In this document: positions 29,614 through 39,147 of the stretch, piece by piece
How positions within the stretch are numbered: position 1 is the stretch's first letter
Layout: every line of letters begins with the position of its first letter
Virus record (IMG/VR): IMGVR_UViG_3300034095_001075
Length of the DNA: 61,849 bases
Direction: 5' to 3' (one strand)
Source: an uncultured virus (IMG/VR IMGVR_UViG_3300034095_001075)
Taxonomy: Duplodnaviria; Heunggongvirae; Uroviricota; Caudoviricetes
Made by a program: the position numbers and the translations under genes
Notes under the pieces: model-generated
The model's input: the letters and a program-made list of their open reading frames with translations, nothing else
Told to the model about the DNA's origin: nothing
Database searches by the model: none

Positions 29614-30038
29614 TTACTGTAAAAGAAAATATCATAACCGTCGAAACCGAGCAAGAAGGTTTGATGATGGAAATCTTCTTGGAAGAGAATTTTTTCGATT
29701 TTGATATGGATCTTATGACATTTACAGTATATGATGATGTGGAAGAGTTATTTGAAGAGTTGTTGGATCATGATTTAGTCATATTGCTGGACGAAGGGGT
29801 TGCTCAGCGTAAGATTGTAATTCGTGGTGGCAAAAGGAAGATTATATTTAGATGCAAGCCAGGTGAAAAGAAGATAAATCGAAGATGTGTTCGTAGAAAG
29901 TCTTCAGATCTTGCAAAAATGAAAAGACGCGCAGTGCGCTCTGCAAGAAAATCAAAATCCAAGCGCGGAAGAACATTGAGAAAGCGGAGAATTTCTATGA
30001 AAAGAAGAAAAAGCTTCCCGCATCCCAAGAAACACTAA
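29610..30038 (+). CDS. Prohead core protein gp68-like (acidic N-half, very basic C-half)
   Basis: 142 aa; D/E-rich N-terminus then RRAVRSARKSKSKRGRTLRKRRISMKRRK; size and charge bipartition match T4 gp68. Confidence 0.6.
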   Translation: MITVKENIITVETEQEGLMMEIFLEENFFDFDMDLMTFTVYDDVEELFEELLDHDLVILLDEGVAQRKIVIRGGKRKIIFRCKPGEKKINRRCVRRKSSDLAKMKRRAVRSARKSKSKRGRTLRKRRISMKRRKSFPHPKKH

Positions 30039-30041
30039 ATT

Positions 30042-31745
30042 ATGATTACATTTACTAAAATTCGGTGGAAGAATTTCATCTCAACAGGAAATACTTTCAC
30101 GGAACTTGATTTGATAAAAACCAAATCAACCTTAATAAGCGGAGAAAATGGATCAGGAAAGACAACTTTTCTTGATGCTATTGCATTTGCTGTATTTGGC
30201 AAACCATATAGAAATATCAACATACCGCAACTGGTAAACAGCATCAATCAAAAGGATTGTGTAGTTGAAGTGGAATTCACTTCTTCTGGCTCTGAATATA
30301 CAGTTCGCAGAGGACTTGCTCCAAAGTTGTTTGAAATTTTCAAAGATGGTCAATTGATAAACCAAGACTCGAAATCAAAAGATTACCAGAAGATGCTAGA
30401 AGAACAAGTTCTGAAAATGAACTACAAAACCTTCTGCCAGGTTGTTATTCTTGGTAGTACTAATTATGTGCCATTTATGCGTCTGTCTGCAGCCGAACGA
30501 AGATCTATAGTAGAATATCTTTTGGATATTGATGTATTTTCAATAATGAATGTATTACTTAAATCCAAAGTTGCGACTGCAAAGGACGATATTGCTACTA
30601 TTGAGCACAAAGTTGAGATTCTCATGGAACGAGCAAAGGCTCAAAAGAATCACATCAAAGTTCTTCAAGAAAAGAGTAAAGAGTCTAAAGACAAATTTAT
30701 TGTAGAAATTGAACAAAATCAGAAAAACATTCAAGATCTTCAATCAGAAATCAAGACACTTCTAGCAAAAGTAGAAGAACATTCAGAGAACTTACACGAT
30801 CACGATTCTGAAGAATTCAACAATACCTCTTATAGCATTAAACAGATCAATGATAAGATCAAATCTATAAACAAAGAGATATTGTACTATGAACAGAACG
30901 ATACTTGTACTCTATGCAAACAGGATCTGTGTGATACTCACAAGAAGTCTATAACTTCGGTACTTGTAGATTTGAAAACAGAACATTCAAGTGATCTGCT
31001 CAAATTGAATTCTGCAATTGATACATTAAAAACAGAAATACAACATAACAGCAATGTAAATAAAAATATACATGCAATAGAAAAAGAAATAAACGACAAG
31101 AACAATACGATATCAGCATGTAATCAATACATTACTCGTATGCAAAAAGAAATCAATAAAGAAAATACAATAGATATTGATTCTGAAAATACTAAATTAG
31201 AAGAGATTTTGAATCAAGGTAAATTGGGAGTAGAGCATCGTCAAGAATTGTCTGACGATATGTACCACTATTCAATTGCTTCTGTCTTATTGAAAGATAC
31301 TGGTATTAAAAGTAAGATAATCAAACACTATTTGCCAATCATGAACAAAGTGATCAATGGCTATCTTGGACGAATGGATTTCTTTGTTCAATTTGAATTG
31401 AGCGAATCATTTGAAGAAACCATCAAAAGCAGACATCGTGACATATTCAGTTATGATAGTTTCAGCGAAGGTGAAAAAAGAAAGATCGACTTGGCTCTTT
31501 TGTTCGCATGGAGATATGTGGCACAACTAAAGAATTCATTGAATTGTAACCTACTCATATTCGATGAAGTTCTTGATGGTAGTTTGGATGATTCTGCTAC
31601 CGATGCGTTTTTGAATATTTTAAAGAGTGTTGACAAAAATACAAATGTATATGTTATTTCTCATAAATCAAAAGAAATACTACAAGACAAATTCCAAGAT
31701 CACATTGTGTTCTCAAAAAGAAACAATTTCAGCAAGACTGTATAA
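30042..31745 (+). CDS. gp46: Recombination ATPase gp46 (Rad50/SbcC-like)
   Basis: WKNFISTGN, Walker A GENGSGKTT, zinc hook CTLCKQ, FSEGEK..IDLALLF, LIFDEV.D, ISH. Confidence 0.96.
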   Translation: MITFTKIRWKNFISTGNTFTELDLIKTKSTLISGENGSGKTTFLDAIAFAVFGKPYRNINIPQLVNSINQKDCVVEVEFTSSGSEYTVRRGLAPKLFEIFKDGQLINQDSKSKDYQKMLEEQVLKMNYKTFCQVVILGSTNYVPFMRLSAAERRSIVEYLLDIDVFSIMNVLLKSKVATAKDDIATIEHKVEILMERAKAQKNHIKVLQEKSKESKDKFIVEIEQNQKNIQDLQSEIKTLLAKVEEHSENLHDHDSEEFNNTSYSIKQINDKIKSINKEILYYEQNDTCTLCKQDLCDTHKKSITSVLVDLKTEHSSDLLKLNSAIDTLKTEIQHNSNVNKNIHAIEKEINDKNNTISACNQYITRMQKEINKENTIDIDSENTKLEEILNQGKLGVEHRQELSDDMYHYSIASVLLKDTGIKSKIIKHYLPIMNKVINGYLGRMDFFVQFELSESFEETIKSRHRDIFSYDSFSEGEKRKIDLALLFAWRYVAQLKNSLNCNLLIFDEVLDGSLDDSATDAFLNILKSVDKNTNVYVISHKSKEILQDKFQDHIVFSKRNNFSKTV

Positions 31746-32191
31746 TGAATCTGGCAACTGAATCCAATTTAAAAGAAGTCATGCGGTTGTTTCAACAACA
31801 CAAGACATTCTTTCCTCATATTCGTCAAGATTATGTTAAACGGAAAATCCTTGCAAATAACTTGATTTTAGAGGATAATGTTGTAATAGCGTTTAGCCTA
31901 TATAAAAAGGAAGTCAAGTTGGGCAATCTGTCCGTGCCAAAAGGACAGATCATGCTACATCAGATTGCAGCAGGTACCCAAGGAGATGGTAGTGCGTCCA
32001 GAGTGCTTAATAAATTTTTACAATATACAGGAAATGATGTATGGCTATCAGTGAGAGCGAACAACGAAAGAGCAAAAAGATTTTACGAGAAACACCAGTT
32101 TCAAGTAGTAGGACATATATCATGGATGAGCAACACACTACCGGGACTAATATACAGACACACCCGTTTTACGAACGAAATGATTATGTAA
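31745..32191 (+). CDS. GNAT-family acetyltransferase
   Basis: LHQIA...QG.G.AS..L...VWLSVRANNERAKRFYEKH.F acetyl-CoA-binding motifs. Confidence 0.8.
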   Translation: MNLATESNLKEVMRLFQQHKTFFPHIRQDYVKRKILANNLILEDNVVIAFSLYKKEVKLGNLSVPKGQIMLHQIAAGTQGDGSASRVLNKFLQYTGNDVWLSVRANNERAKRFYEKHQFQVVGHISWMSNTLPGLIYRHTRFTNEMIM

Positions 32192-33735
32192 TCAATTCTA
32201 AAATCAATGTAAACTTCGAAGACTTGTTGGCAATGACACCAAAACTCTTCGAACAATGGGTCATTGATATGCGAAAAGAAATATTGCATTCATGGGACAC
32301 AAATGGCTGTCCTCCTAGAACTGGCAAAACACAACAAGATATTGTTGATAAATTTAACGAATTGGGCGAATATCCTGTTCATGAATTTACCCATTCCGAT
32401 GCTCTCTCCGGAATTCCTGATGATGTCATTGTAAACAAATCCAGAATTGGAGTAGAAGTAGATCAATGGTTTTCTAATATGTTTAAAACCAGAATCAATT
32501 ATTCTGCCAAAGATACAGGACATTCCATTTACGATCTGTTTGCAGATGATAAGTATTTGCCACGAGTTGTGAAGGGTGCAACTAGACATCTTCGCAGAGA
32601 TTCGTTTTACAAGCACGCACTATCTGCTATAAAGAACGATATAAAGTATTCTATTGTGAATGTCAATACCGGAGAAGAATGGATGGAAGCATTCTTCAAC
32701 AGTCCTTCTTTGTTTTCCGGATATGATTTTCTATTAGAGGAAACGATCCTGAAGAACGGACCTTCTAGCAGTTACTTCCAGATTGAACACTCTGATATAT
32801 TGCAGCTGACCAAGGATCAGTTTATTAAGTGGAAGCCCAAAATGTCTTATCGACATTTTTCCACTTTCGATTCAGAAAATCCACAAGACGATAGAGTATA
32901 TTCTATTCGTATTTACAAGCAGGGAGAAAAGGTATTTCCAGCCGGATTTGCCAGTTTTCGTATTGGATACATTCAACCCGCCGTAAACTACCCTCCAATG
33001 ACAGCCAAATATCTGTATGAAAGATTCACAGAACATGTGAAGACTCAGGATCGTATTGTAATATACGATCCTTCTAGTGGTTGGGGCGGTAGAATCCTTG
33101 GAGCAATGTCAGTGAAGGATGACAGGAACATCCACTATGTTGGAACTGATCCAAACCCTGAAAATTGGCAATGCAACGGCTACCCTTCTAAGTACCACGC
33201 TATTGCAGATTTCTATAATACAAGAACATATAGAGCAAACCCGTTCTTTTCTACTACAAATACTTACGATCTCTATTGTCTTGGCTCTGAAGTTATTCAC
33301 GAAGATAAGTCTTTTCAGCAATACGAAGGTCAAGTAGATCTTGTTTTCACTTCTCCGCCATATTTCAACAGAGAAGCATACTCAGAAGATGAGAACCAGT
33401 CTTACAAGAAATTCTCTTCATATGATTCGTGGCGAGATGGCTTTCTTCAACCAACATTAGAAACCGCCGTTCGTTATCTAAGAAAGGATCGTTTCTTATT
33501 GTGGAACATTGCAGATCTTCTTGTGGGTGGAGACTATCTGCCATTAGAAGAAGATTCTCGTAAGATTCTTGAATCGTTGGGTATGGAATATAAATATACA
33601 ATGAAAATGGCTCTAGAGAATATGCCTGGACAGAATAGAGTTGGTGAGGATGGATTGCCAAAGTGTAAGAATTACTGTAAAGTCAATGGACGATTTCACA
33701 AATACGAACCAGTATTCGTATTCTATAAACCTTGA
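32122..33735 (+). CDS. DNA amino-methyltransferase (N4-C/N6-A) with long N-terminal region
   Basis: Motif I YDPSSGWGGR, YVGTDPN, motif IV FTSPPYF..E.Y. Start uncertain: ATG 32122 has an agga SD; ORF track uses 32041. Confidence 0.8.
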   Translation: MDEQHTTGTNIQTHPFYERNDYVINSKINVNFEDLLAMTPKLFEQWVIDMRKEILHSWDTNGCPPRTGKTQQDIVDKFNELGEYPVHEFTHSDALSGIPDDVIVNKSRIGVEVDQWFSNMFKTRINYSAKDTGHSIYDLFADDKYLPRVVKGATRHLRRDSFYKHALSAIKNDIKYSIVNVNTGEEWMEAFFNSPSLFSGYDFLLEETILKNGPSSSYFQIEHSDILQLTKDQFIKWKPKMSYRHFSTFDSENPQDDRVYSIRIYKQGEKVFPAGFASFRIGYIQPAVNYPPMTAKYLYERFTEHVKTQDRIVIYDPSSGWGGRILGAMSVKDDRNIHYVGTDPNPENWQCNGYPSKYHAIADFYNTRTYRANPFFSTTNTYDLYCLGSEVIHEDKSFQQYEGQVDLVFTSPPYFNREAYSEDENQSYKKFSSYDSWRDGFLQPTLETAVRYLRKDRFLLWNIADLLVGGDYLPLEEDSRKILESLGMEYKYTMKMALENMPGQNRVGEDGLPKCKNYCKVNGRFHKYEPVFVFYKP

Positions 33736-33759
33736 CAAACATAACATGTCCCGTATAAT
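33732..33759 (+). promoter_or_regulatory. Consensus sigma70 promoter
   Basis: TTGACA-N16-TATAAT; ATG lies 6 nt after the -10 box. Confidence 0.85.
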
Positions 33760-33765
33760 GACATC

Positions 33766-34923
33766 ATGAACAAAAAGAAACGATATAAGTCGATTGGTAG
33801 AGGAGATACCATAGAGTCTGTCCTTTTAGGAGGAGAGCCAAATATTGTTGCTATGGATATCAAAGACGCAGACGAACTTATCTGGCAGATCCAGAAAGCA
33901 TTGAATTGGTATAATTACAATTGGTCGGAAAAGGAATACAGAAAGTATACTTTAGAATACTTAAAGAAAACTAAGTATTCAAAAGCAGATCAAGAAGCAG
34001 CGAACAATGCTCCCACTCACAATTTTGACTTTCGTTGTATTGGCGCATATTGCAGAATTGCAAACAATGGCGTAACTCTACCGGATTTCAAATTGGTTAT
34101 GATTGGCAAGCACATTGCTAATATAATCCAAGCCGGATATACTAATCCTGTACAAACTGTCAATACTACAGAGAAGCCAAAATCGTCTATTCAGGATAGA
34201 ATTCACGATCAGGTGTCTGACTATATCGCAGAGTTAGAAAACAAAATTGACGATTTCTTGGAGAGTCAGAATTCAAAATCTGATAAATTTGTCTTTGATG
34301 TTGCTGCATGGACAAAGCAAAAAGAAATAAAGTCTGTTCAGTCACAAATGATTGCAGATTCTTTTAAGTCAAGAATCGAAGAACTTTCAGAAGCACTGGC
34401 TGGAAAAGATCCAGATCTAAAGCAAGCATATTCTTGGCTATCAAAACCAAAATTGAAGAAATTTTTAGAATTTCATCAAGACATTGTTAGCAATTTCCAA
34501 GCACAAGCAGAGTTTGCAAAAACTATGCGAAAGCCTAGAAAGAAGAAAAAGAAGAAGCCAGAACAAATTGTTGCCAAGTTGAAGTATCAAAAAGAATATC
34601 CGCAGTGCAATATTAGTTCTGTGGATCCGAGAGATATAATTGGAGCAAAAAAACTAGTGACATTCAACACCAAATACCGTACACTAACGGTATATGAGAG
34701 TTCTCAGTTAGTTGATGGATTTACTTTCAAGGGAACCACCCTTCTTGGATTTGATGAGAACTTATCGAACAGCAAGAAATTGCGGGATCCGTTTGGTGTG
34801 TTGCCAAAGATGATTGGTGGTGTTCGTGCTATCAATAATGCGTGGGAATCTGTGAAAACTAAACAAACAAAACCAAACGGTAGAATCAATTCAAATACCG
34901 TTCTAGTACAGGTAATTAAATGA
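33766..34923 (+). CDS. Conserved T4-like hypothetical protein
   Basis: ALNWYNY...SIQDRI...D.DLKQAYS.L.K..LKK...RKPRKKK....V.KLKY....SVDP..IIGA..L.TFNTKYR.L..Y...GF..KGTTL.GFD...S..KKLR.P...PNGRIN; pattern typical of environmental T4-likes next to rnh. Confidence 0.65.
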   Translation: MNKKKRYKSIGRGDTIESVLLGGEPNIVAMDIKDADELIWQIQKALNWYNYNWSEKEYRKYTLEYLKKTKYSKADQEAANNAPTHNFDFRCIGAYCRIANNGVTLPDFKLVMIGKHIANIIQAGYTNPVQTVNTTEKPKSSIQDRIHDQVSDYIAELENKIDDFLESQNSKSDKFVFDVAAWTKQKEIKSVQSQMIADSFKSRIEELSEALAGKDPDLKQAYSWLSKPKLKKFLEFHQDIVSNFQAQAEFAKTMRKPRKKKKKKPEQIVAKLKYQKEYPQCNISSVDPRDIIGAKKLVTFNTKYRTLTVYESSQLVDGFTFKGTTLLGFDENLSNSKKLRDPFGVLPKMIGGVRAINNAWESVKTKQTKPNGRINSNTVLVQVIK

Positions 34924-35756
34924 TATTAATCGACAATACACAGATTATTCTTGCATCCATCTTTGCACAATATGCTGGACCAGATGAAGTAGACGAAAAT
35001 ATGATTCGTCACATCACTCTGAACACATATCGCTATTATCGCAATCGATTTCATGAAGAATATGGCGAGCTTATTATTTGTCAAGATGCTGGCAACTACT
35101 GGCGCAAGGATCTCTTTCCTTTGTACAAGCACAATCGAAAGAAAGCACAAAAGAAAGACGAATTCTATTGGAAGCAAGTATTCGAAACCTTAGGCATGAT
35201 TCGCAATGAAGTTGCGGAGTATATGCCATACAAAACTCTGAAGGTTGATCGATGCGAAGCAGATGACATCATTGCCACTGTGTGCAAGCATTACCACAAT
35301 GATGAGAAAATTCTTATTGTTTCTGGTGATAAAGATTTTAAACAATTATTCAGATATCCAAATATCAAACAATATAGTCCCAATCAAAAGGGATTCATCA
35401 CTTGCGAATCTCCGGAAAAGTTTCTGTTTGAGCATATTGTCCGTGGAGATTCTAGTGATGGTATTCCTAATATTCTTTCAGATGATGATGTGTTTGCAAT
35501 AGAAGGTAAGCGGCAAAAAGCATTGACTGCCAAAAAGATTGATAGTTGGGCAAATAGTCAACAAATTCCAGAAGAACATAAAAGTAATTGGAATCGTAAT
35601 CAATTATTGGTGGATCTATCCTATATACCTGAAGAGTATGAAACTGCAATAGTTTCAGAATACAAAAAACCAATAACCGCAGATCGAACAAAAATGTTTA
35701 ATTATTTCGTTGAAAAGGGATTGAAACTCTTGATGAACGATATTCAGGATTTTTAA
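34920..35756 (+). CDS. rnh: RNase H (T4-type 5'-3' exonuclease)
   Basis: MILID..Q, NYWRKD.FP.YK.NRK, EADDIIA, ILIVSGDKDF.QL, GDSSDGIPNILS. Confidence 0.94.
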   Translation: MILIDNTQIILASIFAQYAGPDEVDENMIRHITLNTYRYYRNRFHEEYGELIICQDAGNYWRKDLFPLYKHNRKKAQKKDEFYWKQVFETLGMIRNEVAEYMPYKTLKVDRCEADDIIATVCKHYHNDEKILIVSGDKDFKQLFRYPNIKQYSPNQKGFITCESPEKFLFEHIVRGDSSDGIPNILSDDDVFAIEGKRQKALTAKKIDSWANSQQIPEEHKSNWNRNQLLVDLSYIPEEYETAIVSEYKKPITADRTKMFNYFVEKGLKLLMNDIQDF

Positions 35757-35759
35757 ATT

Positions 35760-36179
35760 ATGCAAAAAATTACAAGATATATTCCAGAAATAATTCAAGA
35801 TGTTGTTGATGCAAAAACAACTGATGAAAAAGTTCAAATACTAAAATCAAATGACTCCAAAGGACTACGGATGTTGTTGCATTTTGCAGTATGTCCAAAG
35901 TATTCTAAGGCATTTCAAATCATGCCAAACTATGAGCCAGACGATGCTCCATTTGGTATGACCATGTCTAATTTGACTTTGGTTGGTAAGAAATTGCCAT
36001 ACCTGTTCAAAGAACATGAAATGTATGTTGCATCGGACAAACGAAGATTATCAATCGCATTGTCTATGCTGACCGCTGTACATTTTACAGAATCAGCCCT
36101 GTTGGAACAAATATTCCAACGAGAATTTAATTCAATATCCGCAGACATCGTAAAGAAAGCATTTCCAGATTTATTTTGA
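35760..36179 (+). CDS. Conserved T4-like hypothetical protein
   Basis: EI...V..AKT..EKV.IL...D...LR.LL...P.Y.P.DAP.G....L.....LP.LF...RRL...ML..VH..E..LL...V.KAFPDL; family usually found after rnh. Confidence 0.6.
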   Translation: MQKITRYIPEIIQDVVDAKTTDEKVQILKSNDSKGLRMLLHFAVCPKYSKAFQIMPNYEPDDAPFGMTMSNLTLVGKKLPYLFKEHEMYVASDKRRLSIALSMLTAVHFTESALLEQIFQREFNSISADIVKKAFPDLF

Positions 36180-36191
36180 GGATACTATATT

Positions 36192-36671
36192 ATGGAACAG
36201 CCAGATATAAATGAATTGCGTCAGAAAAATATGATAGAACAGAAAAATATGATGCAAAAAGCAGCATCAATGGCAACATCAGTTGCATCTCGTGGTCTAT
36301 CGAATACCAAAACTAACGAAGAAACCAAACACCTAAGAAAGCTTAGTTGTCATGGCGATGGTACTATTCCCCCTTGCTCACAAAGAAAGTCTAGTGAAAA
36401 GTTCAAAGAATCTTTCTATTGTGGGGCATGTGGATGTGGGGACAAGCAAGGAACACAACTTATAGATTTGACCATAGCAGGTAAAGAGAATTATGGCAAG
36501 TTAGATTATCCAAAGGTTTGGTGTCCAATGAATATGCCTGGATTCCAACCATACAAGTCAACAGCAGAAGATCCAATCGAGTTGCAAAATCCTCGAAAGA
36601 AAGATATTGAAAATCTTTTCAGTATAGAGTATATTACGGATAAGTCCAAAACCGGAGAACCTACAAAATGA
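36192..36671 (+). CDS. Cys-motif (probable metal-binding) hypothetical protein
   Basis: R..SC-x8-C ... YCGACGC ... CP spacing. Confidence 0.55.
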   Translation: MEQPDINELRQKNMIEQKNMMQKAASMATSVASRGLSNTKTNEETKHLRKLSCHGDGTIPPCSQRKSSEKFKESFYCGACGCGDKQGTQLIDLTIAGKENYGKLDYPKVWCPMNMPGFQPYKSTAEDPIELQNPRKKDIENLFSIEYITDKSKTGEPTK

Positions 36672-37357
36672 GCACAGCGACAACAACTAAATTATCGAAG
36701 AAGACCTTGGAAATCCTTAAGAATTTTGCTTCGATCAATTCGAACATTCTAGTAAATCCAGGCAATGTAATTACTACAATATCCCCTGTCAAGAATGTTT
36801 TATCAGAAGCGACTATTGATGAAACCTTTGATGTGCAGTTTGGAATTTGGGATTTGAATAAGTTTCTGGGAACCGTCAGTCTTTTCAGTGATCCTGAATT
36901 TGAATTCCATGAGAAGTATGTTGTAATTTCTAATACAAACGGATCATCTGTTCGTTATTTCTATTGCGAGCCAAAGCTGCTGACAACTCCAACAAAGAAG
37001 ATTCAGATGCCAACTAGTGTTGTTAGTTTCAAGCTGACACACAAGATCTTCAGCGAACTTCAAAAAGCAGCATCGGTTCTTCAGCTTTCTGATATTGCAG
37101 TTCGTTCTAATGATGGACGAATGGAACTTGTTGCCTTGGATAAGGCTGATACTACTAGTAATAATTATTCAGTAGATCTTGGCGAATTGGCAACAGATGC
37201 GGACTTTGAATTCTACTTCAAAGTAGAGAATCTCAAGATCCTTCCCGGTGATTATAAGGTAGAGATTACCGAAAAGATTGTCAGTAAGTTTACTCACGAT
37301 AATATGGATCTTTCGTACTGGATTGCTCTTGAGCCAGATTCCTCTTACAAGGCATAA
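36668..37357 (+). CDS. gp45: Sliding clamp gp45
   Basis: LSKKTLEILKNFASINSNIL, FGIWDLN.FL, FKVENLKILPGDY.V, YWIALE.DS. Confidence 0.95.
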   Translation: MSTATTTKLSKKTLEILKNFASINSNILVNPGNVITTISPVKNVLSEATIDETFDVQFGIWDLNKFLGTVSLFSDPEFEFHEKYVVISNTNGSSVRYFYCEPKLLTTPTKKIQMPTSVVSFKLTHKIFSELQKAASVLQLSDIAVRSNDGRMELVALDKADTTSNNYSVDLGELATDADFEFYFKVENLKILPGDYKVEITEKIVSKFTHDNMDLSYWIALEPDSSYKA

Positions 37358-37363
37358 TATACA

Positions 37364-38311
37364 ATGCAAGTTACAGATGACAACTTTCTGTGGGTGGAGA
37401 AGTACCGCCCACAGACGATAGATGATTGTATTTTACCTGATAACTTGAGACACACCTTTAAGGAAATGATTGGTTCTGGAGAACTCCAGAACCTTCTCCT
37501 TTCTGGTGGACCGGGTTGTGGCAAGACTACAGTAGCAAAGGCTCTGTGCAACGAATTGGATACTGAGTGGATAATCATCAATGCATCCGAAGATGGAAAC
37601 ATTGATACTGTTCGCACAAAGATTCGTAATTTTGCCAGCACGGTGTCCCTAAGTGGTAATCGCAAAGCGGTTATATTGGACGAATTTGATTATTCAAATC
37701 CACAATCTACACAACCGGCATTGCGTGGATTCATTGAAGAGTTTTCAAACAATTGCAGATTCATTCTTACTTGCAATTTTAAAAACAGAATCATAGAGCC
37801 ATTGCATTCTCGTTGTACTTGTATTGATTTCAAATACACTCCGAAGGACAAGATGAAACTTGGTCCGTTTATTCTTGAGCGAGTTAAGTTTATTCTCGAC
37901 AAGGAAAAGACGAAGTATGATGAGAAGGTGTTAGTGAAACTCATTATGAGACATTCACCAGATCTTCGTAGGCTGCTGAATGAGATGCAGAGATATTCTG
38001 TTGGTGGAATCATTGATGTTGGAATTCTCAAAGAAATTGGCGATATCAACATCGATGAGTTGTCTGATGCCATGAAAACCAAGAATTTTGCAGCAGTCAA
38101 GAAGTGGGTTGTGGCAAATCTAGACAATGATCAGTCGCAGATTTTCAGAAAAATCTATGATGGATTACAGGAAAAGGTAGTTGCAGATAGTATTCCTAGT
38201 CTTGTCCTGATCATCTCTGAGTACCAATACAAAGCCGCATTTGTTGCAGATCAAGAGATCAATATGACTGCTTGCATCGTTCAACTTATGATGGAGTGTA
38301 ATTTCAAATGA
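37364..38311 (+). CDS. gp44: Clamp loader large subunit gp44
   Basis: LWVEKYRP, GGPGCGKTT, ILDEFD, Q.ALRGFIEEFS.NCRFILTCN, PLHSRC. Confidence 0.97.
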   Translation: MQVTDDNFLWVEKYRPQTIDDCILPDNLRHTFKEMIGSGELQNLLLSGGPGCGKTTVAKALCNELDTEWIIINASEDGNIDTVRTKIRNFASTVSLSGNRKAVILDEFDYSNPQSTQPALRGFIEEFSNNCRFILTCNFKNRIIEPLHSRCTCIDFKYTPKDKMKLGPFILERVKFILDKEKTKYDEKVLVKLIMRHSPDLRRLLNEMQRYSVGGIIDVGILKEIGDINIDELSDAMKTKNFAAVKKWVVANLDNDQSQIFRKIYDGLQEKVVADSIPSLVLIISEYQYKAAFVADQEINMTACIVQLMMECNFK

Positions 38312-38691
38312 ACATTGGCGATTGGTTGAATTCTATCAATTATACAAAACAGGATCTACTTCTAGATAATCCTGTCTTGGAAAAGGAATATGTTCCTTTT
38401 ATTGTAAATCGCTCGTTGTCTTATTTTCCAGATACTTTATTTCACTGTAACGAGATGAATTTTAAACATTTTCTAACAAAGAAAATGCAATACGATTATC
38501 TTCGTCATGCAGTCCGAAAGAGAAAGCGATTTTCTAAGTGGGATAAGAAAACCTCTCATTCGGACATGGAATTTGTCAAAAAATTCTATGGATATTCCAA
38601 CAAAAAAGCATTAGAAGTTTTGCCTCTGTTGTCAAAAGAGCAGATAAACGCAATCAAATCTCACCTCAATACTGGCGGAGTTAATAAGTGA
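38308..38691 (+). CDS. gp62: Clamp loader small subunit gp62
   Basis: DWLNSINYTK, Y.PFIVNR.LSYFPDT...NEMN, QYDYL...VRKRKRFSKW, YGYSN.KA. Confidence 0.94.
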   Translation: MNIGDWLNSINYTKQDLLLDNPVLEKEYVPFIVNRSLSYFPDTLFHCNEMNFKHFLTKKMQYDYLRHAVRKRKRFSKWDKKTSHSDMEFVKKFYGYSNKKALEVLPLLSKEQINAIKSHLNTGGVNK

Positions 38692-38695
38692 TTTT

Positions 38696-38703
38696 TATAC
38701 ATA
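38696..38703 (+). promoter_or_regulatory. Possible late promoter variant TATACATA upstream of regA
   Basis: Same variant as before gp18; intergenic. Confidence 0.4.
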
Positions 38704-38736
38704 TTAGTAGTATTTTCACTATTATGGATAATTATC

Positions 38737-39147
38737 ATGGAAAGACAGAATATTGACATATCAGAGTTGCTCGAAGTGCAATTAAAAGATGAAGAGTCTT
38801 TTCTAAAAATAAAAGAAACTTTGACACGAATTGGTGTTTCTTCTAAAAAAGAGAAGAAATTATACCAATCGTGTCATATTTTACATAAAAGAGGCAAGTA
38901 CTATATTGTACATTTTAAAGAATTGTTTCTTCTTGACGGTCTTACCTCAGACATAGATGAGAACGATCTGGGCAGAAGAAATACAATTGGGAAATTACTA
39001 GACGAATGGAATTTGTTGACCGTTGTTGACAAAGACAAAATGAATAGTATGTTGGCGCCAATTAATCAAATTAAAATAATACCATTCAAAGAAAAGACTG
39101 AATGGGAACTTTGTCCTAAATACCACATTGGAAAGGATAAGAAGTAA
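38737..39147 (+). CDS. regA: Translational repressor RegA
   Basis: FLKIKETLTRIGVSS....LYQSCHILHKRG.YYIVHFKELF.LDG, RRNTI..LL.EW, W.L.PKY.IG. Confidence 0.97.
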   Translation: MERQNIDISELLEVQLKDEESFLKIKETLTRIGVSSKKEKKLYQSCHILHKRGKYYIVHFKELFLLDGLTSDIDENDLGRRNTIGKLLDEWNLLTVVDKDKMNSMLAPINQIKIIPFKEKTEWELCPKYHIGKDKK

